Assembly (NCBI GenBank): GCA_963768165.1
Contig: CAVYHJ010000002.1
Location: forward strand, 52,011 to 116,010
Length of the DNA: 64,000 nucleotides
DNA from: an uncultured bacterium
GTDB taxonomy: Bacteria > UBP4 > UBA4092
Reading direction: 5' to 3'
This document shows, one piece after another, positions 10,291 through 20,665 of the stretch. Each line of letters opens with the position of its first letter. Within the stretch, counting starts at the first letter, position 1. A program made the position numbers and the translations under genes. The notes beneath the pieces are model-generated. The model saw only the letters and a program-made list of their open reading frames with translations, was not told the origin of the DNA and ran no database searches.

Positions 10291-10857
10291 TTAAGAATTC
10301 CTCCGTGACAACGGTATATAGGAAATGACCACTCCCAAGATTCCGGCGGTGATTACTATAATGATTGGATTGATATGCCACACAATTTGAGCAATAAAAG
10401 CCATCAGCACTACTAAAAAATATCCTGCTTTTTTCATATTTTGTTTTGCGACACGAACAGTCAATCCTGCGAGTACACCGACCACTCCGGGTCCTACCCC
10501 ATGAAAAAATCTGTTCAGCCAGACTTGTTCTTTCGCCGAACCGTAAAATATGGCGAAGGCAACCACCACAAAAAAAGATGGAATAATCATACCCAGCATC
10601 GCCAGCAAAAGACCGGGGAATCCTTTCAACCGGTAAGCGATATACCCCCCCACATTACAAATCATCACCCCCGGTGCTGACTGTCCCACGGTGATAGCGT
10701 GAACAAAATCATCATGGGTAATCCATTTTCTTTCCTCCACCATCTGATGTTCCAACACGGCCAGCATGGCGTACCCGCCGCCAACAGATTGAATCCCGAT
10801 TTTAAGATAGATTTTTAGAAGATCAAAAAGCGATAAATTTAATTGTTTGGGTTCCAT
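10291..10857 (-). CDS. Short-chain chromate transporter (CHR family) subunit
   Basis: SVGGGYAM, QSAPG; abuts its partner gene. Confidence 0.9.
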   Translation of the reverse strand: MEPKQLNLSLFDLLKIYLKIGIQSVGGGYAMLAVLEHQMVEERKWITHDDFVHAITVGQSAPGVMICNVGGYIAYRLKGFPGLLLAMLGMIIPSFFVVVAFAIFYGSAKEQVWLNRFFHGVGPGVVGVLAGLTVRVAKQNMKKAGYFLVVLMAFIAQIVWHINPIIIVITAGILGVVISYIPLSRRNS

Positions 10858-10902
10858 AAGTCTAAATTTTCATTATCCATTGTAATATTTTCCAGCCTAC
10901 TA

Positions 10903-11367
10903 TTAAAATATATTTTTCTCTAGAATCAATGCTTCCGAACCATCGGGCAAATAATTTAGTTTTTTTTCTTTATCGGAAAATCCATAATCTCGATAGAATT
11001 GTCGCAAAAGCAAGTTTGCTTCGGAAATCGCCTTATCCGGTTTTATAGCCACCTCGATTTTCTGAATCCATTTTTTCTGGAATTCCCGTTCCAGACGTTT
11101 CAATAGGATTGGGGCCACACTTTGTTTCAAATTTATTATCGGAACACCTAACCAAATAATTGTTCCAATATTTTCAGATGATTTTGTGTGGAGAACAAAT
11201 CCCAAAACGTTTTTCCCATCCACCGCCGCAAACCCTTTCTGCGTTTCCACATCTTTTTTCATTTGCGCGATTTCGGATTCACTATAAAAGGGTACGAGGG
11301 TTTCAATAAATATTTGAATTCCGCCAATCTCCTCCCGTGATATTTTATGGATGATAATTTGTTCCAT
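10903..11367 (-). CDS. GNAT-like acetyltransferase fold protein
   Basis: VLGFV strand and FYRDYGF motif; acetyl-CoA loop atypical. Confidence 0.6.
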   Translation of the reverse strand: MEQIIIHKISREEIGGIQIFIETLVPFYSESEIAQMKKDVETQKGFAAVDGKNVLGFVLHTKSSENIGTIIWLGVPIINLKQSVAPILLKRLEREFQKKWIQKIEVAIKPDKAISEANLLLRQFYRDYGFSDKEKKLNYLPDGSEALILEKNIF

Positions 11368-11374
11368 ATTGTCC

Positions 11375-12157
11375 CTACCCGGCTTTTTGCAACATCATCT
11401 GGCGGATGGTCCATTCAATCTCGATAGATTTGTTTGTGGATTGCGTCAAAGCGACCATATCTTTTTCCAAATCGTCCAATTCCACACTCGAATAATTTTC
11501 CAGAATGAACTTTTGTTTTCTCCATACGGGAATATTATACTGGAATATTTTCGCTGCTTGTGACAAGGTTGCCGGAACACGACTCAAACGGCTAATCTTC
11601 TTTTCTAAAAAGGGACGGTACTGCGCGTTCTCCAATAATTCCCCTATATACAACCGGTTTCCATTGGATTCCAATAACCTGTCGGCAATGTCCAAATATT
11701 TCCGAAAGGCGGAAACGTCCGTTTGAATAGAATCCGTTTCTTCCAATAAAATCAATCCATTTTCTTTCAATTGGCCCGACCAGTTATGCAGGGATTCCAT
11801 GCATTTTGCCATATGAGTCAATACAAACCGGAAAAAAATTAAATCCGCTTTCCCTGTGGGAAAAGGAATCTTTGTTACATCATGGATTTGATAAGAAATG
11901 GTCGGATAGGCTCGATTGAATTCCAGTGCCTTCCCGATAAAGTATTCTGAATTGTCTAGGCCAATTATGTTTTGAGGTGACAGAGTATCGGCAAGAGACC
12001 GTGTTGTAAATCCAGACCCACAGCCTAAGTCGAGGCACAATGGTAAATTCTTCTCCCCACATTCTCCCAAGAACGATTCCGTAAATTTGGAAAATAGCTC
12101 ATGCAATTGCAACAACCGTTTCCCACCTAATTCATCGCTTGCAAACACATATTTCAT
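11375..12157 (-). CDS. Class I SAM-dependent methyltransferase
   Basis: LDLGCGSG, IIGLDNS, RFVLTHM. Confidence 0.88.
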   Translation of the reverse strand: MKYVFASDELGGKRLLQLHELFSKFTESFLGECGEKNLPLCLDLGCGSGFTTRSLADTLSPQNIIGLDNSEYFIGKALEFNRAYPTISYQIHDVTKIPFPTGKADLIFFRFVLTHMAKCMESLHNWSGQLKENGLILLEETDSIQTDVSAFRKYLDIADRLLESNGNRLYIGELLENAQYRPFLEKKISRLSRVPATLSQAAKIFQYNIPVWRKQKFILENYSSVELDDLEKDMVALTQSTNKSIEIEWTIRQMMLQKAG

Positions 12158-12297
12158 CGTGCATCTATTGTATCCTAAAAGATAGTTTAGGGTTTAAGGA
12201 TTAGTTGAACGAGACGTAGAGGAATCCATAAAAGGACCTACATTCCCTACAATAAAGCATTTTATTCCCAATTCAGATTAATATTGCACGATTTAAT

Positions 12298-15200
12298 CTA
12301 TTTACTGCTATTACGCTCTAAAATCTCTTTAAGTACCTTTCGATTTCGTTTGGTTTTTTCTTGATAGCTATGGATTAATACCTTGGGATTGGGAATGGAC
12401 ATCAGGCGGGAGAGGGAGAATAATTCAATCTTATCTTCCGGGATTAGGTTATTGGAAAAGTTGGACATAAGACGAAGACGGTTTTGGAGTTGAGTGAAAA
12501 ATAAATAGTTTTCCTGCAAAAGAGTAAATGCCTTTTTATCAATTTTCTTTTGAGTATGTAACTTTTTTAATCCCTCATAGATATTAGAATTGTGGAATCT
12601 TTTGTTTTTATGTCCGTGCAATAACAGGAGATATTGAATGGCAAATTCCAAGTCCACCAGTCCACCCATGCCAACTTTCATATCACGTTGTTGGTGGGCA
12701 TCCGGCTTAATCGCTTTTTGCATTTTCATACGCATAGTCCAAATTTCTTTGGCAGATTTGGAAGTCATGGATTTCCCATAAACAAATTCCATCGCATCTT
12801 TCAATACGACTTTTGCCAATTTTGAATTCCCAGCAACGTAACGCGATTTCATCCATGCCAGCCGTTCCCAAAACGATGCACGCTTTTCAAAATATTTTTT
12901 AAACGGTCCCGGAGTTAGTGCCAGCGCTCCATCTTTTCCTTCCGGGCGTAACCGTAAATCCACCGCCCCCAGGCAGAATTGCATTTCCTTGGTTAATTTT
13001 TCGACAATGGAACAAGCGGTCGAAAAATCCAAAGGTTGGATACCGGATAATAATTTATTTTTTGATACAGTTTCTTCATCCGCATAAATAAAAACCAAAT
13101 CGAAATCGGAACCCAGAGTCAGTTCTTGTCCGCCCATCTTACCTAACCCCAGGATTGCCAAACCAACTTCATCAGGTTTTCCCAAGGCAAACTCAAATAA
13201 CGTTTTCTCTAAGATACTGTTTATAAATTTATCGGCAATTTGAGATAATTTCTTGGAAAGAGTGAGATGGCTTTTTTCGTTTATCAAATTGAGAATCCCT
13301 AATATTAAGATTTTCTCTTCCCAGAGCTTCCGGATTTCATGGGTGGAAAGATATTTAGGAATGGATTGTTCCAGCAAGTTTATCAATTCTTTTTCAGTGA
13401 GTTTTGTAATTAAGGAATCAAACCTGCCGGGTTCTTTAATCAATAGATTGCCCAAATGTTCACTGCTGGAAAGCACCAATAGCAGCCGTTCCAAAACTTC
13501 TTTATTTTCACTCAACCAGGTATAAAACGATCGATAGTTGGTGTACTTGTTCACAAACCGATGGAACTGTTTCAAACCTAAATCGGGATTGGGCAGAGAT
13601 TTCAAAAAGTCCAATAAATTAGGCAGGAGAGCGGTAAACCGTTTGCGCTCGTCCGGCGATACAATATGTTCCTGGCTGCCATAGGCCAGGGCTTGAAGAG
13701 TGAGACGGCTATCAGTAGTATTTGCAAAGCCGTAATTCTTTAATTCTTCAGCAACTTCTTCCTCTTCTATTTGTGAATCAATTAAGCGGAAGATTTTCAA
13801 TTCGGTTTCTTTGAGTTCGGAAACGGTTTCGTCTTGAAAGAACGATTGGAAGATTTCATTGACCCGTTGGGTATAATTCTGAAGAGACTTTAAAAAGTCG
13901 TCCACGGAAGAGAATTCCATCCGGCGGGAAAGTTTTTCAAGTGCCTGTTGTTCTCCGGAGATATGATAGGTTTGCAACTGGTGCATGAGTTGAAGTTTTT
14001 GTTCCACCCGGCGAAGGAATCTATAAGCTTCTATTAAAAATTCACCCTGTTTTTGACTGATTATTTTCTTTTCCATCAACACTTCCAGAATTTGACAAGT
14101 ATTACGAATCCGCAGTTCAGGATATTTCCCTCCGTGCAACAATTGCAGGATGGAAATATAAAATTCAATTTCACGGATCCCGCCTTTACCACTTTTAATC
14201 TCAATACCCGATTCTATTTTTTTCACAATTTCCGATTGCATTCGGGATTTCAGATGATGGATTTCTGTCACACTGGAATAATCAAGGTATCTCCGGTACA
14301 CAAACGGGACAATCAATTCTTCAAATTTGGTCCCGACATCCTTGTTTCCGGCAACTGCGTGAGCTTTAATCAAGGCAATGCGTTCCCAAGTTTCGGCGAA
14401 TTCTTGATAATACACTTCATAACTTTCCAATGAGCGCACCAGAGGACCGGCACTTCCTTCCGGGCGAAGCCGCAAATCAATGCGATAAGCGCAACCCTGT
14501 TCCGTAGGTTCGCTTAGAAATTTGACAAGGTCTTCACCCAAGCGGGAAAAGTATTCATGATTTGAGAATCCATGGGTGGTTTCTCCTTCCACATCGTAAA
14601 CGAAAAGGACATCAATGTCCGAACTGAAATTCAATTCGTGTCCGCCAAGTTTGCCCATGCCAATCACGGCAAATTGCGGTCCTGCATTTTTATCCTTGGA
14701 TTCCCGCTGAGGCTTCCCGAATTCTTTCTCAATTTTAGGAGTACAGGATTTTAAGGCAATATCCAAGAGCACACTGGCCAGGTCTGATAATTCTTCCGCC
14801 ATGTCCAGAATATCTCCCAGTTTCAAAATATCGCGTGCTCCGATACGCAATAATTCACGCCGGTGAAATCGGCGAGTGGCATTGACTTTCCTAGTGAGAT
14901 TATGGACGGGAGAGACCCATTCTTCTGCCTGGTTCCGATAATCTTCGAGATTCTTTTTCTGATTCAACTGGCCTCCTTCCAAAAGCCATAGAAAAAGTTC
15001 GGGATTGCGTACCAAAATATCGGCAATAAACTGGCTTCCTCCACAGAGTTTTACCAGAGTGTCGAGAGAGGAGGGCAATTGTGTGAAAAAACTATAGGTC
15101 GCTGACCGGTTGATACAGGCGTCCAAATATCGATCTACATTATTAAGCGCCAAGTCGGGGTCTACTGATTCTTTTAATTGTTCCAGCAGACGGTCATTAA

Positions 15201-15300
15201 CAAAAGGAAGATAATCATTATAATACTTTGGTTGACATAACCGCTGAAAGGTTTTTTCCGCTTTCGAAGGGTCTTCAAAAGAAATGTCAGAAACTTGCAA
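12298..15300 (-). CDS. glnE: Bifunctional glutamine synthetase adenylyltransferase/deadenylase
   Basis: Two NT domains: GKLGGHELNFSSDID...DLRLRPEG and GKMGGQELTLGSDFD...DLRLRPEG; TTG start after GGAG. Confidence 0.95.
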   Translation of the reverse strand: MQVSDISFEDPSKAEKTFQRLCQPKYYNDYLPFVNDRLLEQLKESVDPDLALNNVDRYLDACINRSATYSFFTQLPSSLDTLVKLCGGSQFIADILVRNPELFLWLLEGGQLNQKKNLEDYRNQAEEWVSPVHNLTRKVNATRRFHRRELLRIGARDILKLGDILDMAEELSDLASVLLDIALKSCTPKIEKEFGKPQRESKDKNAGPQFAVIGMGKLGGHELNFSSDIDVLFVYDVEGETTHGFSNHEYFSRLGEDLVKFLSEPTEQGCAYRIDLRLRPEGSAGPLVRSLESYEVYYQEFAETWERIALIKAHAVAGNKDVGTKFEELIVPFVYRRYLDYSSVTEIHHLKSRMQSEIVKKIESGIEIKSGKGGIREIEFYISILQLLHGGKYPELRIRNTCQILEVLMEKKIISQKQGEFLIEAYRFLRRVEQKLQLMHQLQTYHISGEQQALEKLSRRMEFSSVDDFLKSLQNYTQRVNEIFQSFFQDETVSELKETELKIFRLIDSQIEEEEVAEELKNYGFANTTDSRLTLQALAYGSQEHIVSPDERKRFTALLPNLLDFLKSLPNPDLGLKQFHRFVNKYTNYRSFYTWLSENKEVLERLLLVLSSSEHLGNLLIKEPGRFDSLITKLTEKELINLLEQSIPKYLSTHEIRKLWEEKILILGILNLINEKSHLTLSKKLSQIADKFINSILEKTLFEFALGKPDEVGLAILGLGKMGGQELTLGSDFDLVFIYADEETVSKNKLLSGIQPLDFSTACSIVEKLTKEMQFCLGAVDLRLRPEGKDGALALTPGPFKKYFEKRASFWERLAWMKSRYVAGNSKLAKVVLKDAMEFVYGKSMTSKSAKEIWTMRMKMQKAIKPDAHQQRDMKVGMGGLVDLEFAIQYLLLLHGHKNKRFHNSNIYEGLKKLHTQKKIDKKAFTLLQENYLFFTQLQNRLRLMSNFSNNLIPEDKIELFSLSRLMSIPNPKVLIHSYQEKTKRNRKVLKEILERNSSK

Positions 15301-15343
15301 TACATACTCCTTGATAGAAAGTCGAGAGAGCTATATCCATGAG

Positions 15344-18300
15344 TTAACGGATCATATCAGGGGCCACAGAATCATGCGCTTTTTCAAAACGAGTGCGAAT
15401 CCCTACTTCCACATGTACGTCGTGCCAGCCTTTGGGAACATCAAAGATAGTTTCCACCGTTTTAGATTCCTTATACTTCAACAAGGGAATCAATATATCG
15501 TCACCGATTTTCACAGTGTAATCATAGTATTGTATCACAACATTTTCTGCGTCCATTTCCCCTTTATTGGTGACTGTCGCAATTAATCTGGCTCTTCTTG
15601 TTTCCGGCCAAATAGAATTCATTGAGGTATCCCATACCCAATCACTGGACGTAATAACAGGGTCTGATTTGGTCAGGATATGTACCGGAATCTCCGCTTT
15701 CAGACGAGTGCGATTAATACCGGATATTTTATTATTTTTATCTACAACAACCACAATTTTTCTATCGCCGGTAACTTGTGCCGGGGGATCCCACCGCAAT
15801 CGTATGGTTCGGCTGGAATGAGGCGGGATCAGTTCCAAGACGGGAATGCGCCAGTCTGTCCGGTCCGTAAATTGTTTACCCCCGCCATAATCCGGGTCAT
15901 TATCGAACCCAATGACTTCTACGTTTCGAGCCGGAGCGTTACCAAGATTATGAATGATCGCATCCACGAAAATTGTTTCCCCTTCTACGTATTTATCATT
16001 CGTTAATTTCAGATCGGTAGAGTTGATGGATAGCTCAATATCCGCTTTGGCTGTCTCTGTAGACACCGACAATGTCTGATTCACAGATAAAACAGCCGAT
16101 CCTGCAGCATCTCCGGCACTATTCCATTCATAAATACGGACGGGAATCTTGTTCAAAGCCTCGTCCGCTTGAATGGGTAGATTGGTTTCAATTCTCCCAT
16201 TCTTGATAGCAACAGTTTTTTCTGAATAAATTGGAAGTGATTCGTCGTGAAGAGGAGCAGAATATTTTTCCGGGTCATGTGCGGAGTATTCAATGATGGC
16301 ATTCCCCGACCGGAGGGAAGAAGAAATCCCATTAAATTGTACTGCGGTTTCTTGTCCAAGGAATATAGTTTGGGGTTGAAGATCTATGTCCAGCGAGTTT
16401 TTCGGTATGCCAAGTTTTAGTGCCGGGTCTCCAAACAGGGTGAACATTTGAGGAGTAGAATCATGGCCGGGATCAAGATAATAATCAATTACTGCTTCCG
16501 TTACAGCATTACCATCCACAGTTTGTTGATATTCGAACATTGCTTTAACCAGTTTATTCGTTAAATTTTTATGTTGCGGAGTAAATCCCTTTCCGGTGGG
16601 AGAATAGACTGCGATGGCTCCTCCCTGAGGGACACGTTGCATATCTTCCGAAATACAAATATTCCAAGGGCGGGTTGGCCAGTCAAATTCTCCTGTTGAA
16701 CAAGTCAATTGGACGACAAAAGGAAGTTTCCTGTCATTTTTTAATTTTTTCATGTCACTGTTTTTTGTATCTCCACCGAAAAAAATTCGTTGATGCGACC
16801 AGACATTGGGAGATCCGTGGCCAAAATAAATAACCGCCAGGTCGCCTTCGGAAATCGCATTTAAGACTGCCCGATTTCCTTCCAGACTGATTTTACTGTT
16901 TTCACCGTTCGGCAGGTAATAATTATCTATGGATGGATAATCCCGTAAATCAACAAACTCCTTGGAAAATTGAACGGGTAGAGCTCGCGAGACATCACGG
17001 CAGTCATCTTCAAAGCCGTCATCCGATACAAATAAAATCCGGTTTTTCCAAGGTCCCATTTCCGGTTGTGTTTCATACCGGATGATTTTATCTACAATGT
17101 TTTTTGCGTCGGTTGTATTATTGACGGAAATTCTTCCGCAGATGATATCCGGTAACAAGTCGTCTCCTACAATTTGGGTATACCACAGATCGGAAGCCGC
17201 TTCCTCCGTTACGGTATTCATACGGTAGGGAGGAATATAATTGATTACCCCGTTGTGGTAATCTCCCTTATAATCGGAGGTACCATCCCCGATGAGCAGG
17301 ACATAACTCGGATAGGGCGGGTTCCAAAAGTACAAGGCATATTGCAAAAAGTCATGTATCGCACGCGGATCAAAAAGTCCGTAACCGAACTGGTCGTAAA
17401 TATCGTTAATATCAACAATCCGCACCCGCAAACCCTGTTTCTTGTGATATCGCGCCAATTCTTGCGCTTGTTTTAAGAAATCGGGATGAGTGATAATGAT
17501 ATAATCGGCTTGTTGATGGGTATCTCGTAAATTATCTTTAACTGAATATGGCGTTGGAGTAGTTATATCCATTGTGGTTTGTTGGGCAATAATATATTTT
17601 TGATAAACGGATATCGCGGGTAAATAGAATCCATTTTGGACTGTATTATAGGTAACATGTAGAAGATGTATTTGATGGAGTGTGTCCAGAGCGTATATGT
17701 AATATTTGTCAAAATCTGCTGAATCCGCAAATCCGGAAATAAAGTATACCGCATTGTTTGCAGAAGTCTCCCTTTGGAATTCTAATAATCCATCCTGTGG
17801 TGACAGTCCGTTGTAATAAGTCAATTGGATACTTTTCAAATATATTTCGTCTTTCTTTGTGGCAGAGCCGGTGCCCGGCAAATTAAATCTCAGGATATGT
17901 TGTCCCGTAGTTAGATAATCTGTTGGGAGGGTTGTTTTAAACGAATACGCCACTTGACCTGCCCAATGCGCTTCTCCAAGGGTAGTTCTATCCCATGTTA
18001 TGATGACCCGGTGTTCATTAGAGAACTCAGCCTTTGATTTGCCATGAAATTGGATTTCAATAGGTACTTTTTGTTGATATAACCGGATATTTTCCATTCC
18101 CGATAGATCTACGCGGATTTTCCCGCTGGTCAATACGGAATAAGCTTTCCAAAACCACTCACCTGAAGAATTGGGATTACTATCCGCCCAGTCTTCGAAA
18201 ATCATTTTTTTCTCCAAATGGTTTATGATTTGATAATCTTTAGTTATATTTGCGGTAGTGGATATTGTGTTGGAAATATTCTCTATGGGAAAATGCAAAC

Positions 18301-19336
18301 CCGAATTTTTACCCCAGGTCAACCAGTAAATATTGAAGTTGGTGTAAATGCTATTAGGATCTTCCCCGTAAAAGATAATTCCATCATTCGGATTGGTTTT
18401 TCCGTGAGATTGGATATCCAATTGAGTAGGGATTTCTTTCCCCTGATTAAACAGGCGAAAAGTTTCCGGTTTAATGGCCCCCGTTTTTATACCCATAGAT
18501 TTCAAATATTCCAATGAAATACGATAGAATCCTTTTTCTGGAATGGATAACTTAACCCAAGGAATATTTTTCCCGAAGAACTCAGGGGATACCTGGCCGG
18601 GATAAGATTCCGGTGAATTATAGGGTAAATCAGGCAAATTCCGTAACTCACTCCGGGGATCGTAGTTGATAATTATATCGGACAACACTGCGTCAATACC
18701 TATGGATGGTTGGGGTGGATGGTTGAAAGAATTGCTGGAGGTTTCTCTGTAAGGCATCTTCGTATAAGGTGTAAGTTCCATTTTTTTATCCGGCTGGATA
18801 TCGAGGGATACAGAATCTAAAACATAATGGAGATTCCCGGATTGCTGGCTCAAAGTTAGAGTCAGTCGTCCGATACGCCAATCCCGGACATAACCTACTG
18901 GTTCAAGTTTAACAAGGGAATCTGTTTTTATAGGTAGAGTCGAGGGAGTTCCACTTACTGTTTCTTTAAAAATAGTTTCATTGGTATAGGTTCTAAAGGA
19001 GATCTTTTTCAAAATGACCGTGGATTTTCCCTTGGGGATGGCTACATAATCCATACGTGAATCGGGAACACGAAATCCGGTGGACGGATTTACAAAAGTT
19101 AATCGGATGAGCTGACCATCGGATTCCAGAACCTGCCACTCTTTTTTGGCTAAAATCGAGTCGGATTGTACCGGCGCAGAGTAAATAATACCATAGAGGG
19201 AAAAGAAAACGACAAATATAAACAACAATAATCTTGGAGTTGTTCGATTTGCCTTTTTGGGGAAAATAGAAAAACGTATTAAAAGACTTCGCATAATTTC
19301 TACTTTAAGAATAAACGGAACCAGACTTTTTTTCAA
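15344..19336 (-). CDS. Secreted peptidase C25 (gingipain/PorU-like) with C-terminal CARDB/Ig-like domains; start uncertain
   Basis: DYIIITH, YVLLIGD, GRISV, GHG and QLTC catalytic-type motifs; IHNLG / VVVDKNN CARDB-like repeats. Confidence 0.85.
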   Translation of the reverse strand: MKKSLVPFILKVEIMRSLLIRFSIFPKKANRTTPRLLLFIFVVFFSLYGIIYSAPVQSDSILAKKEWQVLESDGQLIRLTFVNPSTGFRVPDSRMDYVAIPKGKSTVILKKISFRTYTNETIFKETVSGTPSTLPIKTDSLVKLEPVGYVRDWRIGRLTLTLSQQSGNLHYVLDSVSLDIQPDKKMELTPYTKMPYRETSSNSFNHPPQPSIGIDAVLSDIIINYDPRSELRNLPDLPYNSPESYPGQVSPEFFGKNIPWVKLSIPEKGFYRISLEYLKSMGIKTGAIKPETFRLFNQGKEIPTQLDIQSHGKTNPNDGIIFYGEDPNSIYTNFNIYWLTWGKNSGLHFPIENISNTISTTANITKDYQIINHLEKKMIFEDWADSNPNSSGEWFWKAYSVLTSGKIRVDLSGMENIRLYQQKVPIEIQFHGKSKAEFSNEHRVIITWDRTTLGEAHWAGQVAYSFKTTLPTDYLTTGQHILRFNLPGTGSATKKDEIYLKSIQLTYYNGLSPQDGLLEFQRETSANNAVYFISGFADSADFDKYYIYALDTLHQIHLLHVTYNTVQNGFYLPAISVYQKYIIAQQTTMDITTPTPYSVKDNLRDTHQQADYIIITHPDFLKQAQELARYHKKQGLRVRIVDINDIYDQFGYGLFDPRAIHDFLQYALYFWNPPYPSYVLLIGDGTSDYKGDYHNGVINYIPPYRMNTVTEEAASDLWYTQIVGDDLLPDIICGRISVNNTTDAKNIVDKIIRYETQPEMGPWKNRILFVSDDGFEDDCRDVSRALPVQFSKEFVDLRDYPSIDNYYLPNGENSKISLEGNRAVLNAISEGDLAVIYFGHGSPNVWSHQRIFFGGDTKNSDMKKLKNDRKLPFVVQLTCSTGEFDWPTRPWNICISEDMQRVPQGGAIAVYSPTGKGFTPQHKNLTNKLVKAMFEYQQTVDGNAVTEAVIDYYLDPGHDSTPQMFTLFGDPALKLGIPKNSLDIDLQPQTIFLGQETAVQFNGISSSLRSGNAIIEYSAHDPEKYSAPLHDESLPIYSEKTVAIKNGRIETNLPIQADEALNKIPVRIYEWNSAGDAAGSAVLSVNQTLSVSTETAKADIELSINSTDLKLTNDKYVEGETIFVDAIIHNLGNAPARNVEVIGFDNDPDYGGGKQFTDRTDWRIPVLELIPPHSSRTIRLRWDPPAQVTGDRKIVVVVDKNNKISGINRTRLKAEIPVHILTKSDPVITSSDWVWDTSMNSIWPETRRARLIATVTNKGEMDAENVVIQYYDYTVKIGDDILIPLLKYKESKTVETIFDVPKGWHDVHVEVGIRTRFEKAHDSVAPDMIR

Positions 19337-19439
19337 CCTTTCATTATAATACTTTCCCCGACGAGGAATAGATGGACAAGCTAGAATCTGTTAAAATGGT
19401 TCTCCCAAAAAGCCAAATACGAACAGGAAAATATTTCCA

Positions 19440-19524
19440 GGAGGGTTACCCTAACTGGTAAGGAACCGGTCTTGAAAACCGGCGGGCACTGCCCTTGAGA
19501 GTTCGAGTCTCTCACCCTCCGCCA
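19440..19524 (+). tRNA. tRNA-Ser (anticodon TGA)
   Basis: Acceptor GGAGGGT/ACCCTCC + GCCA; anticodon arm CCGGT-CTTGAAA-ACCGG; variable arm GGGC-act-GCCC; T arm GAGAG-TTCGAGT-CTCTC. Confidence 0.96.
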
Positions 19525-19661
19525 ATTTGTTCCACTTGTGCTTTGGATTTGATAAGAGAGTTCTCGAATAAAGGACCGACTCTATTATACTGATTTTTAA
19601 TAGATTTGACATATAAATCAGATTATCGGACAATTCTTTTTTCATTACAGACTGGAGTTTT

Positions 19662-20567
19662 ATGAAGAAAGTTAAAGTTTTAATACCGGCGACTACAACG
19701 AATTTAGGACCGGGATTTGATTGTCTGGGGTTGGCGCTCACGCTGTATAACACAGTTGAATTGAGTTTACGAAAAGGCAATTCACTGTTAGACATTACCG
19801 GTGAAGGCGCTGGAGAATTAAACCATAAGAAATCCAATTGGGTGGTACGGGGAATTGAGAAAGTTTATGAGATATTGGGGGAGGAGTGTCCACCGGTCCA
19901 TTTGAAATTAGACAATCGGATACCTCTTGCCCGAGGATTGGGGAGCAGTGCGGCAGCTTATTTGGGTGGATTAATCAGTGCCAATGAGCTTACCGGCAGG
20001 AAACTTTCCGAAGAAGAAATATTAGAATTGGCAGTGGCTCACGAAGGTCATCCCGATAATGTGGTTCCCGCGATACATGGGGGATTGGTAATATCCTGTA
20101 AGACGAGTGAGAAAACCTTATGGGTGAAGTGTAAAAATCCTCTAATCCCCTCTATATTAGTTGCCATTCCTGATTTACAGATGGGGACCAAAGAATCACG
20201 TGCCATATTACCCAAACGAGTTGCTTATACCGATGCAGTATATAACCTGACCCGCACAGCTTTATTGGTTAGCGCACTGACAGAGGGACGCTGGACATTA
20301 TTACGTGAGGCAATGGATGATCGCCTGCACCAACCTTATAGGGATACTAAAAATAAATTAATCTCCCGTTCTATTTTGGGAGCTTATAAAGCCGGGGCAT
20401 TGGGTGCCGCTCTATCCGGTTCCGGTTCTTCGATTGTAATTTTTATTCCGAGAGGAAATAAGCAAGCCGGGAAATCCATTCAAAAAATCTTTGCAGAACA
20501 CTCTATTCCCGTCCGGTTATTGAATCTGAAAATGGATAATCGAGGGTTAAGAGTTATCAAAAAGTGA
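19662..20567 (+). CDS. thrB: Homoserine kinase
   Basis: PATTTNLGPGFD, IPLARGLGSSAA, EGHPDN, LSGSGS. Confidence 0.95.
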   Translation: MKKVKVLIPATTTNLGPGFDCLGLALTLYNTVELSLRKGNSLLDITGEGAGELNHKKSNWVVRGIEKVYEILGEECPPVHLKLDNRIPLARGLGSSAAAYLGGLISANELTGRKLSEEEILELAVAHEGHPDNVVPAIHGGLVISCKTSEKTLWVKCKNPLIPSILVAIPDLQMGTKESRAILPKRVAYTDAVYNLTRTALLVSALTEGRWTLLREAMDDRLHQPYRDTKNKLISRSILGAYKAGALGAALSGSGSSIVIFIPRGNKQAGKSIQKIFAEHSIPVRLLNLKMDNRGLRVIKK

Positions 20568-20665
20568 AGTTATTCCAATTATTCTTCGGATAAAAATAAA
20601 TAATGGCATTGACAAAAGGCGCAATTCCTCCTATTGTCATTTTCTTAATGTAATAAAGAGGTGAT

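Noticed and set aside
19440-19524. tRNA as tRNA-Sec or as an island attachment site
   Set aside because: Anticodon is TGA (Ser), not TCA, and the acceptor stem is 7 bp; I found no duplicated 3' end or integrase.
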